A stretch of 64,000 nucleotides of DNA from Octopus vulgaris (GCA_951406725.2 OX597820.1:106082001-106146000), one strand, 5' to 3'. Shown: positions 39,868-52,899, numbered from the stretch's first letter. A program made the numbers and translations. The notes: a model not told the origin generated them from the sequence alone.

Positions 39868-40329
39868 AATGTAAAGTATAGAAGCTATCTTATCATGGCT
39901 AACCACATTGGGGAGGGGGTATTACTGTAGCTTTATAGCCCCAAGAGATCTTCGTCTCTAGCTGGCTTTAGACACAATATCTGTGTCCTTGGAGTATTTG
40001 CAAAGGGAGGCCATCCCTTCCTCGCAAGCCTGAGTGATACGCTCGAACTAGATTCAGGATTTTTGTCCCTCGTCAATGGGCGGTAACCACCAGGTAGCGA
40101 TGAAAGAGAAGCGATAACTCAGGCTTGCGAGGAAGGGATGGCCTCCCTTTGCAAATACTCCAAGGACACAGATATTGTGTCTAAAGCCAGCTAGAGACGA
40201 AGATCTCTTGGGGCTATAAAGCTACAGTAACACCCCCTCCCCAATGTGGTTAGCCATGATAAGATGGCTTCTATACTTTACATTATCGAGCGATTACTGT
40301 TTCAATCTCATTCTGAGATTTAATTATGC
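39868..40329. mobile_element. Foldback Penelope/retrozyme-like element with 168-bp arms, between (TA)n tracts
   Basis: 39868-40035 versus 40117-40284, with two mismatches by eye. Homologous to 51373-51742. Decayed hammerhead in the spacer. Confidence 0.85.
40040..40082 (-). ncRNA. Decayed minimal hammerhead ribozyme
   Basis: Minus strand: CGCCCA-UUGACGA-[GGGA caaaaa UCCU]-GAAU-CUAG-UU-CGAGCG, with a palindromic stem III region. Confidence 0.5.
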
Positions 40330-40823
40330 TATATATATATGGATTTCTACATAAATATATATATACACACATACACACACACATGAATGTATGCAGTGAT
40401 ATATAAATGTCTGTAAAATATGCAACAACATATGAATAAGTTGAAAGCTGCTGGAAATCAATATAGAAAGAAACTATAAATATAACAAACATGACAGATA
40501 GATGAGGAAGGAACAAGGGCAAGGTGCTATCACAGGCTTGTTGAACAAGGGCAATATAAAATTAATGGTACTACAGGAAAAAGTCCTAGCTCAAAACATA
40601 GCTGCAATTGGATTCCTTAGAATACAGAAGCCCTTGGAATCCAAATACAACCAAAAATGTTGATTAGGTTACATTTCTGTGGAAAACATAACTTATGTGA
40701 TTAGCAGATACCCTGAAATGTCATCAAGGTACTATCTACCAATGTGACATGGTGTTGCTAAAACAATATACAAGGCCATCAAACCTGTCTTGGGATAAAT
40801 ACAGAAAATCGCCCAGCGACTGA

Positions 40824-40901
40824 ATATGTACAAAGAATATTAATCTTCTACCAAGTGCAAACATATGTACAAAGAATATTAATCTTCTACCAAGTGCAAA
40901 C
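40824..40901. repeat. Perfect 39-bp tandem duplication
   Basis: ATATGTACAAAGAATATTAATCTTCTACCAAGTGCAAAC occurs twice. Confidence 0.95.
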
Positions 40902-41571
40902 ATAAGAGGCTGAATATTGTTGTTTAGGTAAGAAGAAAAAATAAGAACTGTCACAGAGGTTATCGACCTTACTGGTGTAAATATCACCATCATCATTATT
41001 TGATGTTCATTTTCCATGCAGGCATGGGTTGGACAGTCTGACAGGAGCTGACCAGCTGAAGGGCAGTTCAGGTTCCATGTCTGTTTTTGGTATGGTTGGA
41101 TGCTCTTTCTAACACCAACTGCTTTACAGAGTGTACTGGGTGCTGCTCCAGCACAAGTGCTTTTTACATGGCACCAGCACCTATGAGCCTACAAGATTAG
41201 GGATGTTCAGCTGGAGAGGGTTGCATGGGCTGAGCCTGTATGCAAGGGCAACCATACTTTTGCTTAGCTTGACGTATCTTTTCAAGCATAGCCAACTGCC
41301 AGGAGACTCAGTTCCCTGTCACCCCCTCTGTGAGTCCCAGCATCTGTAGATCCTTTCTCACCACTTCATCCCAGGTCTTCCTAGGTCTACCCCTTCCACA
41401 CGTTCCCTCTACTATTACAGATCAGCACCTCTTAATATCTCTTCAAAAATCAAAGAGAAAGAGGGTAACTATGAACAACAACTTTGAAACCTTCAGCATT
41501 TATACCTAGATTATAAATTCACATTTATGCCAGTAGTAATTGATGCACTTTGTTTTGTAAGTAAATGCCTA

Positions 41572-42077
41572 CCGTAAATCTTCGAGTATAATCCGCATTT
41601 TTCCCCAAAAATTTAAAGGTCAAAATCCCTAGTGCGTACTATATACGAGGTTAAAAAGGAAAAATATTTTCTAAGCAATGTCCAAATCTCTATTTGCTGT
41701 CCGGTAATGTTTATTAGACGCATTTTGTGATGCCGGGCACGAAAATACCTTAAGCTAAGCCTGAAAGCAATGAAGTCATAAAAGAATCATCCATAACTTG
41801 CAGTAAGCCACATTTATTAAAATAAATGTATTCAGAACACAGAATAACATGTAACAAAAACAATTTGCAAACATATTTACATTCCCATATAACAGTTAAG
41901 AACATCACCATTATTGTATTACGCATGCACGGAAGGTGCTGCTGGCTTAATTACGCACGACTCAAGTTAGAGAAGGAGTGCGTATTATACACAAGGTTTA
42001 GGTTTTTCAGAGGTACAGCCCCCTAAAAATCCCCTACATATTATACTCAAGGGCAGACTATACTCAAGGATTAACGG
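41572..42077. mobile_element. Tc1/mariner-pogo-type MITE, copy 2
   Basis: CCGTAAATC.TCGAGTATAATCCG TIR, TA-flanked; ends shared with 2076-2588, middle differs. Confidence 0.85.
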
Positions 42078-44974
42078 TAAGTAACAATAAGGAAAGACCA
42101 CGATTTTCAGAAAAAGAAATCAACCAGTTAACATGCACATTAGAAACAATATGCAAGTGGAACAGTAAAGATATTCAAGACTTTTCTCAAGTTCAAAACA
42201 TGAGATTGGTTTTGTTACCTACATTTCAAAGTTGAAGCTTAGTATAGTTGTTAGGAACTAGCTCGTTCCATTCAAGAAGTCTTCAAATAATTAAAACTAG
42301 ATGACTACAAATAGACATAAAATCTTGGTTGTGATACTTATAAAAGCTTGACTTGTATTTACTTCTTTCACTTACTCTGGATGAAACCGAAAGAGTGGAA
42401 GAGAAAAAGGAAAAATAGAGATAGATAGAGAAAGAGCGAGAGAGTGAGAGAGAGAGAGTGCACATGTGTGTGTGTGTGTGTGTATCTCCATACACCTGTC
42501 CATCTGTCTATGTGTTTCACTTTGTATACATGTATGACATTCCTTTTAATAATACTAAATAGTTTTGTGAGACAAACAACCATAGTTTATAGTATGTCAA
42601 TATAAACAATATGTAACAATGGAGGTTTAGACAAGGCAATGTACAGAAACAGTGAAAGGCAATTTCAGCTATTAAAAATGTGACCATGGAAAGAGAAAGA
42701 GAGGATGGGAGAGAGTCAGAAACAAAGAGGAAGGGAGAGAACAAGAACAGACAGGTGAAGGTGAAGAGGGGATGGGGTGACCCCCCCCCACTCCGATATG
42801 TGTCATGAATAAACAAATGTATATTATCGCAAATAAATAATGAAAATTAAGTAACTTAATATGTGTTGCTTATTTTCATGGCATTTTTAAGCACCTGTTC
42901 TTAAACATTCCCTCAATGACACAAACATGCCCACCACTACCAAACTTTGTCTTGTTTCACTAAGCTTATAAAGTCAATCAGCAAATTTAGCATCAAGCCT
43001 CTATGTGTTGTTCAGCTCACTAGAAACAGCAGCTGAATCTTACTCAAATTACAACTTCTACCTTAAAACAAGAAAGGACCCATAAGATCAGAGATTCTCA
43101 TATAGAGAGCCTTCTACCCCTGAAGGAAAGGTTTTTGGATATCGAAAAAGGGGGGTCAAATTGTTGTGTTGGATAACATTAAGACAGTTTTTAAAACTTT
43201 TTAACCATTTAGCATTCAGATTCCTCTGTCAAACGAAACGCTTATTTATTCCCATTGTTTTGGATTAAATCATGGATTATCTCATAGCCTTGATATTTTG
43301 AGGATACAATTGCTTTACTTTTAGAATGACATTGTGGGGTAGGTGCAAGAAGCTGGATCTGGTCAGTTTGAACTCAAAACTGATAGAATATTTAGGCCGG
43401 ATATGACCAGTTTCAATACTAAACCAGTTCAACACTGAAGATAGTGGTGATTGATATAGATGCTAACTATTCTGTCTTCTTATTAATAAAGAGGAGAGGG
43501 ACCAAAAAATTTCATTAATATTTTTGCTGGCTAACGTGATGAGCTGACAGAATTGCTAGTATGCCGAGCAAAATACTAAGCAGCATTTTGTCCTTCTTTA
43601 TGTTCTGAGTTCAAATTCTGCTGAAGTCAATTTTGCCTTGCATCCTTTCAGGGTTGATAAAATAAGTGCCAGTTGAACAATGAGGTCGACGTAATTGACT
43701 TATCTTCTCTCCTGAAATTGCTGGCTTAGTGCCAAAATTTGAAATCAGTATTTTTTGCTGGCCAGGTGCATACATTTGTATTACATGTAGATACATCGAC
43801 ATTCATAACAGTAGAAATGGTGGAATATATTTCATTACTTCGTGAGAAAGAAAAGATGCCTAGTGTTTCAAGCAAAACTCTTTATTAGGAAGAGAGTAAA
43901 AAAACGTCAGCTTGTAGTAATAAGAAGGAGAAGGAAAGTGTAGGCAGAAGTAATAAGTATTAGTAGTGAGGAGCAAAGGGTAAAGCCGGGAGAAAACAAC
44001 AGAACACTGTGTCATAAACAGAGACATATATAAATCTCACTTTTGTTTATCAAACCAGATGTTATAACATATTTTTGTGGCAAATTTGGAGCAAAGAGTG
44101 CAATTATACGCATTAAAGCCCCAGAGAAATGACTCATCAATTTCAATTACCACAAATACTCTTGGGAAATGTTAGATGTCATAATTCACATTTCCTATGC
44201 ATCCCGATGTCAAAGGATTTGATCACTCATTAATGGATACTGACATCCCAGAAGTCCATGTCAAGCTCTGATGTTTGCTTTGGAATGGTTTCTACAACTG
44301 GATACTATTGCTAATGCCAGTCACTTTACAAGGTGTAGTGGGTGCCTTTTTCATGACATTGGTATTAGTGTGGTTGCCAAGTAAGTCACAAGATAAAGAA
44401 AAAGTCCCCTCCACAGAGTTTAAGTGTAGCAGAGAAGGAGGTGGCTTTATGCTAGGTGTTGAGTGACTACAGTATGTAGTGGAAACACATGGCTACCTTG
44501 TATTATATAAGGTGAGTGGGAGTTACTGAGAAGAGAGATAAAGATAGTGGTGATAAGGTGTCAGAGAGTACTCTCAAGTTAGAAGACAGTGAGTAGAAAA
44601 ACAGAATAGAAACAAACGGCCTGGAGGAGTGGGCAGAGAAGTTTGCAAAAATGTTAGAGCAGAATGAGAGATGATGAGTGACAGAGTTAGAGGTGAATGT
44701 AGTGAACAGGGGTCGGGAGGAATCAACGGTGAAGGCATGGTCAGAGATGAATATAAGTTTGGAGAGAAAGTGTTAAGAAACAGAAGTGGTTCAGCAAGAA
44801 GGGGGTGATGAGTGACAGAACTGAAAATGTGGAGAGCAGCAAAATATCAAAGTTGTTGATAGATGAGAAATTAGAAGATGAGATGTGGAATAGGTGGGCA
44901 AAGAAAGACTGTGGGGAGGGAAAGATAGATAGATAAATAGATAGAGATAGTTAGATAGATAGAGATAAATAGAT

Positions 44975-45019
<45 letters not shown>

Positions 45020-45883
45020 GAGAGATGTACAATGATGAAGATGGAGGTCAGAAGTATATAGAGGTAGATATAGTGACAAGCAGAGGTGATAGCAGATATG
45101 AGAGGGTGTTAAGATTGCTGGTAGATTTGAGAGGTTGTAATGAATGAGATGTAAGTCATAAGATTTAGTTCAAGGAAAAAGGAAGGATAACTGGTGGCAC
45201 AGAAAAGAACAATCAGTGGAAAAGAAAGATGAAAACAAGGGATTGATTTCAAAATGAAGTGGTTTCAGGGGGGGATAACTGATAGCAAAAAAAGGAGATG
45301 CAACACATGTACTTTTGCTTTTATATAATTACAGTAGCTGAACAGTGATGAAGACAGAAGAGTAATGAAGGGATAAGTGAAAGGAAGATGAGAGAGTGAT
45401 GAAAGCTTGACAGTGATACACACACACATGCAAAGTAAACTCTTGATTTGATTGACTATAGTAGAAAGGGTGCATTTGTTAATATTCTTTTCTACTACAG
45501 GCCTGAAATTTTGTGGAAGGGGTATAGTTGATTACATCTAGCCCCAGTATTCAACTGATACTCATTTCATTGATCCCAAAAGGATGAAATGCAAAGTTAA
45601 CCTCTGTGGAATTTGAACTCAGAATGTAAAGATGTACGAAATACTGCTAGGCGTTTTACCTGGTGTGCTAACGATTCTGCCAGCTTGCTGCCTTTGTGTT
45701 TATTAATATTAAAGTCTGTTAAATTGACACTATTGCACTGCATAAAAATTATCAAATTTTCAAAATATAGATTCAATTTTTATTTCTTTTTTGTGTGTGT
45801 ATAAATAAATACACACACAAACACACACTCATATAATACAAATAATATATGTATGTAAATATGTACGTAAATATGTATGTAAA

Positions 45884-45943
<60 letters not shown>

Positions 45944-45984
45944 TATTATATGTATGTAAATATGTACATAAATATGTATGTAAA

Positions 45985-46021
<37 letters not shown>

Positions 46022-46385
46022 CAAATATTATATGTATGTAAATATATATATAATGTGTGTGTGTGTGCACATATGTGTATGTGTGTCTATGTGCATATGA
46101 ATCTATAAATCTATCTATATGCATGTGTGTGTGTGTACACACAAACTTTGCGTGTGTATATGTACCTACATATGTATGTACTATGCTATCTTAGCCTGTG
46201 TTGCTGAGCATAACAGCATAACAGAATTTCAAGTTTGTCGAAAGAAATCCAAACAGTCAATGTTTATTATAAGCTAGGTTCAGGTTTATCTGAATACTGG
46301 ATGAAACTTAAGACAGGTATATACTTTAGCAGTGTTATGGGTGTGGTTATTCATCAATAGCGGGTGTTTATTTCATATGTTAATG

Positions 46386-46416
<31 letters not shown>

Positions 46417-46825
46417 GTCGTCGTCGTCATCGTCGTCGTCATCATCATCATCATCATCATCATCATAATAATCATCATCATCATCAATATCATCATAATA
46501 ATCACCACCACCATTTCTGCTACCATCATCCTCATTACCCATCCTCCTCCTCCTCCTCCTCCTCCTCCTCCTCCTTCTCACAACTACCACTGCCACCAAA
46601 ACTACCATCTCTTCCCCCTCACGACCACCACTACAGCCACTACCACCACATTGCCACTCTTGTTGCCACAGTTGCTGTCTTTATCATTGTAGCTGTCATC
46701 ATCATCATCATCATCATCAGTTGTCGTCATCAACATCACAACTACCATCACCATTGCTGTCACCACCACCACTGCCGTTGCTGCCACTTCCATTTTTGTT
46801 ATTGTCATCATCATCATCATCATCC
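46386..46825. repeat. (CAT/CAC/CCT)n compound trinucleotide repeat
   Basis: Directly visible; source of the poly-His and poly-Asp ORFs. Confidence 0.95.
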
Positions 46826-47439
46826 TCAAGTGAAGAGTGAGCCAGAGGACTTTGCCATGCTCCAGTGTCTGCTTTGGCATGGTTTCTATGGCTGGATGCT
46901 CTTCCCAATGCGACCACTTTGCAGAATGTGCTGGATACTTCTTACATGGCACTGGCACTAGTGAGGTTACCAAGTTAAGTCTCAAGATTCATGGTTACTC
47001 CAGTTGGAAAAGAGTGGAGGTAAGTTGGTTGAGTGGCTAGGGTGTTGGATTCATGATTGTAAGATTGTGGTTTCAATCCCTAGACTGGGTGACATGTTGT
47101 GTTCTTGAGCAAAGCACTTCATTTCCCATTGCTCCAGTCTGTTCAACTGGCAAAGATGAGTTACCATGCAACTGACCAGTATTCCGTCCAGGTGAGGAAT
47201 ATATATGCCATGGAAACTGGGAAACTGGCCCTTATGAGTCAACATGACTTGAGAAGATAACTCTACCTTTTTATTTTACCAGTTGGGAAAGAGGGAAGGT
47301 AGTGGTAAAAAGGTGTCAGAGTGTACCTTTAAGTTACAGGAAAGTAAATATGAGACATGATATAGAGAACTGGACAGGATGAGTGGGTAGGTAAGTTCGT
47401 GGTGAGAGTATGAAAGGAGAGTGGCAGATAGATAGATGG

Positions 47440-47688
47440 AGGGATAGATAGATAGATAGATAGATACATAGATACATACATACATACATACATACATACA
47501 CACACATACATACATATGTATATACACATATATATATTCAGAAACACTCACACATGCATGCATACATACACACACATACATACACACACATACACATACA
47601 CACACATACACATACACACATACAAACACAGACACATGCATGCATGCATATATACATACATACATATGTACATATGCACATACATACA

Positions 47689-47719
<31 letters not shown>

Positions 47720-47776
47720 GTACATACATACATACATATGCACATACAAGCATACATACATACATGCATACAAGCA

Positions 47777-47807
<31 letters not shown>

Positions 47808-47928
47808 CATACATACATACATACATACATACATACATACATACATACCTACATACATACATACATGCATACAAACATGCATACATACATACAAACATAC
47901 ATACATATATGCATGCATACAAACATGC

Positions 47929-47959
<31 letters not shown>

Positions 47960-48030
47960 CATACATACATACATACATACATGCATGCATACAAGCATTA
48001 CATACATACATACAAACATGCATACATGCA
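47440..48030. repeat. (ATAG)/(ATAC)n compound microsatellite
   Basis: Directly visible. Confidence 0.97.
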
Positions 48031-48259
48031 TGACATCCACTTTCTTGTTCTCGAATACAGCCATTACTTAAAGCATTCCAGAATCAGTTTATAATGATTA
48101 CGATGCTAACATGGCAAGTAATGTCAATGCATGATGCCTTTTAAAGTGAAGAATTCCACTCTCTGAACAACAATGATAGATACTCAAAAAAGAAGACCAA
48201 GTCAACATCATTGGATACCATTGAATCATGGATTGTACATCAGCTTTCCTTCTCTAGAG

Positions 48260-48846
48260 AAGTAGTTCTCAACCAGGGTCCATATGGCACGTGGGTTCCA
48301 TATAAGATTTTGTTAAAATTCATGTGCAATATGCTTCAACAATACACAAAGAACTTTTTTTTTTAATTCCTAATAATATTTAATTATAAAATGCAGTTAG
48401 ATATGCAACATGCATAAACAAACTTTTTTGTTTGTTTTTGGAAGCATCAAAAGTGTATCGTATCACACAGACAAGAAAGTAATATTTTGAATTCAGTATA
48501 GTGGTGAAAGCAGCAGAAGGCTTGGATATTTTACCCTTATATGGTAGAAAAAGTTGTCAGCAGACAGCCATGGGACACAAACCTGCACTCCTCAGATACC
48601 ATCTGAGTATTCTACCATTAAGCTAAACAGCCCACTGTCTGTCTGCTGAAAACTTTTTCCTTCATATTAGAGTAAAATACCCAATCTTTCTGCTGTTTTC
48701 ATGGTTATACTGTGTTTGAAATATTACTTTCTGGCATGTATGATACAGTTAGATATATTTTACATTCAGCAAATGCCTATGGAAGTTCAGAAGGGTAAAA
48801 TAGGAATCAAAAGGATCCATAGACAAAAAATGTTTGAGAACCATTG
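48260..48846. mobile_element. hAT/Charlie-type MITE containing a nested foldback insertion
   Basis: Termini AGTAGTTCTCAACC / TGTTTGAGAACCATTG with 8-bp flanks CTCTAGAG / GGCTAGAG. Uninterrupted copy at 59047-59302. Confidence 0.75.
48454..48747. mobile_element. Foldback with ~110-bp diverged arms and a tRNA-like sequence in the loop (48567-48633, minus)
   Basis: Arms TGTATC...GAAAGTAATATTT...CAGCAGACAG / CTGTCTGCTG...AATATTACTTTC...GATACA. The loop reads GGGCTGTTTAGCTTAATGGTAGAATA CTCAG atggtat CTGAG GAGTGCAGGTTTGTGTCCC. Confidence 0.7.
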
Positions 48847-51298
48847 GGCTAGAGTGATGTCCTAGCAAGAACTAGGAGTTGCGCAGTAATGTGGTACACC
48901 ATACCCACATTCCCATTCTCATGGTTCTCTACTGACTAAACTTGTGGTGCCTGCCGTTTGTTGAAAACGTTTCAACCCATTGTGTTTTCTACATCAAATT
49001 CACTGGATTGTCAATGGTTGCTACAAGAACTACCACTGTCCATGAGAAATAGCAGAATTAAGCCTGTGTACAGAGTATTAGATGACCGTTGACTTCATCC
49101 ATTGAGTTCATCTGTCCTTTGGCAGGTTTTGTTTTTTATCCTGCAGGATATCCAGTCACACTCCTCCCTAAGGAAGCCTAGTGGAGCTGTCAGTATGTTA
49201 CCAATAGCATTCACAAGCAACCTGACATACATGCATACATTCATATACACATGCATGCATACATGAATACATACATACATACATACATACATACATACAT
49301 ACATACATACATACATCAAACTTGCATGAGACATGGGCAATGATGAAGAGGGAAGAATGTTGATTGGTTACAACAGAAAAAGAGCCATGGACAATTCAAG
49401 CCAGTAATATAATTGCAAGAACTTATCCAAAACGAAATAAATCAAGAACAGATTGGAGTAAACAGCATGATTGCAGAAGACCAGAAGCACAAGTTCTGCT
49501 GCACTGGGCAATTCACAAGGTTTACAGATGCAGTTACTAAGTGTACCCAAGAGATTGGAAAAGGCTTCTCAAGCGGGGCTCCACGATGATGTGAAGACGA
49601 TTTAGTTAAATGATTTGGGCCAAGATGAAAAAGAAGGGTACAGTCAAGAAAGAAATAGAATTGCATTGTGACCAGTGGTGTATAACAACATCTAATAGTC
49701 TGGTTGATACAGATGGTATGTGTGAATATGTGCATATGTGTGTTCGTGCCATGGAAAATCTCCCTCAATGAATTCTGTTTAAACTATGCTGGCATGAAAA
49801 AGTTGTTAAAATGATGATGATGATGATGAGACTAGTTGTGGTGGTAGTAGTGATGGTGATAATGATAATGATGATAATTCTTTCCTTGTTCCCAATACCT
49901 GATGTCCAGCATCTTCTCTTCTACCTATTTGATATTGTTTCTTGCTCTCCATATTCTTCCATACTTTTCCAGGTTTGTCTTTTAGCTTTTATAGCTCTCT
50001 CTGCTGTACCATTCTGCCGCTGGGTAATTTCCATTTTTACCTAGTTGGAACCTTGCATGCATGTGTTTCTGTCTCCTTATCTCATCATAACATGATAGCT
50101 GTGAGTGTCACTATCATACAAGCAGTGTCAGTCATTTCCAATCTTCTGCATGAACATGTCCAGCCATGGGGAAACTGTGCTTTGCTGGAAAACAGGTGAG
50201 GATTGGTAACAGATAGGGCATCTGGTTGTAGAAAATCTGCCTCAAAAATTTCTATCTGACTCATGCAAGCATGGAAAAGTGAATGTAAAGATTATAAAGA
50301 TGATGATGGTGATTGCAAGACCATTCCATTATTCTAGAAAGGAGGTCTATATTCATTGAAATTGATACAAATACGTAACTAGACTCATGCTATAAAAAAC
50401 CTCACAAAGATGAAAAATGAAATCTTCTTCAGTGTGAAATGAATTTAGAACAGTAGGGCATCAAGCTAGAAAATTTAGGGCATCTAGTCCATATCAAAGC
50501 CATCCCCCAAGGGAGACATTTTATGAAAATAATACAAGGGTACAGTCGACCAAATTATAGCCAATCACAGAGTTGATGAATGAAACACATTCAGCCAATG
50601 AACAAGATTTTTTAGCATGGGTTGAGAGATGGGAATGATAAGAATAGATCTCTCATCTGTTTCTTCTGATCAGATAAGACATTTTTTAAGATGTGTTTTC
50701 ACCCCACCACCACCATTGCCACCACCATAACACATAATTTGATGGTGTAACATGGTAACATAATGCCTCTTAAAAACAATAATAATAATCACCAGTTCTC
50801 TATTATATAATTATGATGATGCTTGTGATGATTATTATGATTTCTTTATCTGCCACAAGAGCAAAGGATGAGGGGAATCATAATTACAAGGACAAGTTAT
50901 ATAAATGGTGCAGGCTTCAACATAGCTCCTTTATTTGTCACAAGGATAATAATAATAATTCTTTCTATTTTTGGTACAGTGATTTTGAGAGGAGGGAGCT
51001 ACGCAATAACATTGACCCCAGTATTTGACTGTTACTTTATTTTATTGTCCCCGAAAGGACGAAAGACAAAGTTGACCTCAGCAGCATTTGAACTCAGAAT
51101 ATAGGGAGAACAATAGGAATATTAATGGGTTCAAATTTTGTCAGAAGGCTGGTAATTTTGAGGGGAGGGTGTTAGTCAATTACACTGAATTCAATATTTA
51201 ACTAATACTTTATTTTATCGACCCCTACAGGATGAACAGCAAAGTTGATCTCAATGGGGTTCGAACTCACAAGGACAATAATAATAATAATAATAATG

Positions 51299-51356
<58 letters not shown>

Positions 51357-51372
51357 TGACGATTATAATAAT

Positions 51373-51741
51373 CAATAATAAATCTCTGGACGAGGTATAA
51401 ACAGTAACTGCATGACAATGTGAAGTATATTTGCCATCTCAATATGGCTAACCACTAAGGGTAGATGTTACTGTAGCTTGTAGCCCCAGGAGAATATCTT
51501 CTCCAGCTGGCTATTGACACTTTCTGTGCCCTGTCGATATTTGCAAAGGGAAGCCATCCTTCCCATCATCGACCTAACGTGATATGCACGGACCCGGGTG
51601 TTTGGGTATTTACCCATCATCATCACATGGCAATCACTGGTCTTCGATGAGAAGGGGTCCCAATGCAAATACATATATCCTTTTTCCAGTGACTTTTCGT
51701 CACTGATCTTGAAAAAGTGTAAACAAGCAATAATAAATCTC

Positions 51742-51742
<1 letters not shown>
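51373..51742 (-). mobile_element. 355-nt terminally redundant non-coding element with a decayed hammerhead (51587-51629), between (AAT)n and (TTA)n
   Basis: CAATAATAAATCTCT at 51373-51387 and 51728-51742. Minus strand reads CAUG-ugaUGAUGA-U-[GGGU aaau ACCC]-AAAC-ACCCGGGU-C-CGUG. Homologous to 39868-40329. Confidence 0.65.
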
Positions 51743-51810
<68 letters not shown>

Positions 51811-51816
<6 letters not shown>

Positions 51817-51953
51817 TCACTACCTCGAATCTAATTCGGAATCTTGGGGTTTGTAGCCCACGCTCTTAACCACTACACCAACAGGCATATGGCATAGTGG
51901 TTAAGAGTGCGGGCTACTAACTTCAAGATTCCGAGTTCGATTCCAGGCAGTGA

Positions 51954-51984
<31 letters not shown>

Positions 51985-52090
51985 TTCCCCAAGGCACCTG
52001 ATGAAGGCTGGAGGGTATATCAGCCGAAATGTTGTGTTAACAACAAACGAGAGGAGGACAAATATCCGTCAAATGTAAATAATGTAAATC
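51811..52090 (+). mobile_element. tRNA-headed hammerhead SINE with an inverted copy of its head at the 5' side
   Basis: Head TGGCATAGTGGTTAAGAG...GAGTTCGATTCC (51889-51957) is mirrored at 51811-51880; then (AAT)n, the hammerhead, and a tail shared with 61716-62157. Confidence 0.8.
51993..52038 (+). ncRNA. Minimal type I hammerhead ribozyme
   Basis: GGCAC-CUGAUGA-A-[GGCUG gaggguauau CAGCC]-GAAA-UG-UU-GUGUU. Combined with the 62-kb copy, the inferred consensus is GAAACGUU, a palindromic AACGUU stem III. Confidence 0.75.
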
Positions 52091-52094
52091 TCCA

Positions 52095-52885
52095 CAAGTC
52101 AACAATGCATGGACACTGTACAAGAGCATGCAGAATGGTTTCATCACTCTGTGTATGTATGTCTTGGAAAAACCCATCTGACTGCACACCCATGCCTGTA
52201 GAGCTTATCGCGAACCAGCAGAATCCTGTGGTAGCACTGCCACGCCAGAGATTTCTGGAAGTTATCCAGAGGCCCTGGCCTGAAAGTCCTCCAGAAAAGA
52301 CTGGCTAGTTGATCCCTCCTGATGCCCAGAACCTCTTCGAGAACATCGTTACTGACCACATTGCCTGACTGGCCAAGAGCTGTGAGTGCTTGGAGACACT
52401 CTAAGTGCCAAGTGCTCTGCCTTGGTCTATGCCTGATCCAGGACTGTGGCCCTGTGAGCTGCAGAAAAGCATGTCCAACAAATGGCAACCACACCTGCTC
52501 ACCATTAAGGTATTGCTGAAGATGTCGCAGCCTCAGTACATTTCTGCACATCATCAGCCTCCAGGCCACCATGTGCCCCATACAGTTCAGCAAAGTGCCA
52601 CTAAAATTCTGCACAAATCTGCTTGGACTCATGTAGCATGTGCCCATCCTGACCCCTCAAAGACCAAATTGTAGTTTTATTACCATGTTGCACCTCAGCC
52701 ACCTAGGCCCATTTAACAGCTTTCATTCCCTCCTGTTTTAGAGCACGTGCCCTAGCTTTGACAATGCAACCTTCATGCTTGGTGTTGAAGAATTGATACA
52801 GAACCAATCTCGCAGCCAGTACGTCAGCTGCTATGCATCTACTGAGTGTCTCTTCTAATTTCTTAACTAGGTCTCCTTCTACGCT
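52095..52885 (-). mobile_element. L1/Tx1 LINE fragments
   Basis: LDNFQKSLAWQCYH and RLRHLQQYL, similar to 20200-22300. Confidence 0.75.
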
Positions 52886-52899
52886 ACCATCAACAAATC

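Larger units (their letters stand above)
40460..42200 (+). mobile_element. Highly decayed restriction-like-endonuclease non-LTR element, interrupted by an RTE tail and a MITE
   Basis: Remnant KIKEKEGNY...LQHLYLDYKFTFMPVVIDAL, resembling the K..KY...P.VIGALG RLE motif. Confidence 0.45.

Noticed and set aside
39885-40030. HDV-like or twister ribozyme (GGCTAA, CCCTTCCTCGC and GTCTAAAGCC motifs)
   Set aside because: The required nested pseudoknot order could not be built.
44480-45420. Long purine-rich, C-poor tract
   Set aside because: Low-complexity decayed repeat with no ORF or defined structure.
46332-48094. His-, Asp- and YIHT-rich ORFs
   Set aside because: Translations of microsatellites; likewise the ORFs at 10960, 25176-25763, 33565, 45780, 58138 and 61738-62230.
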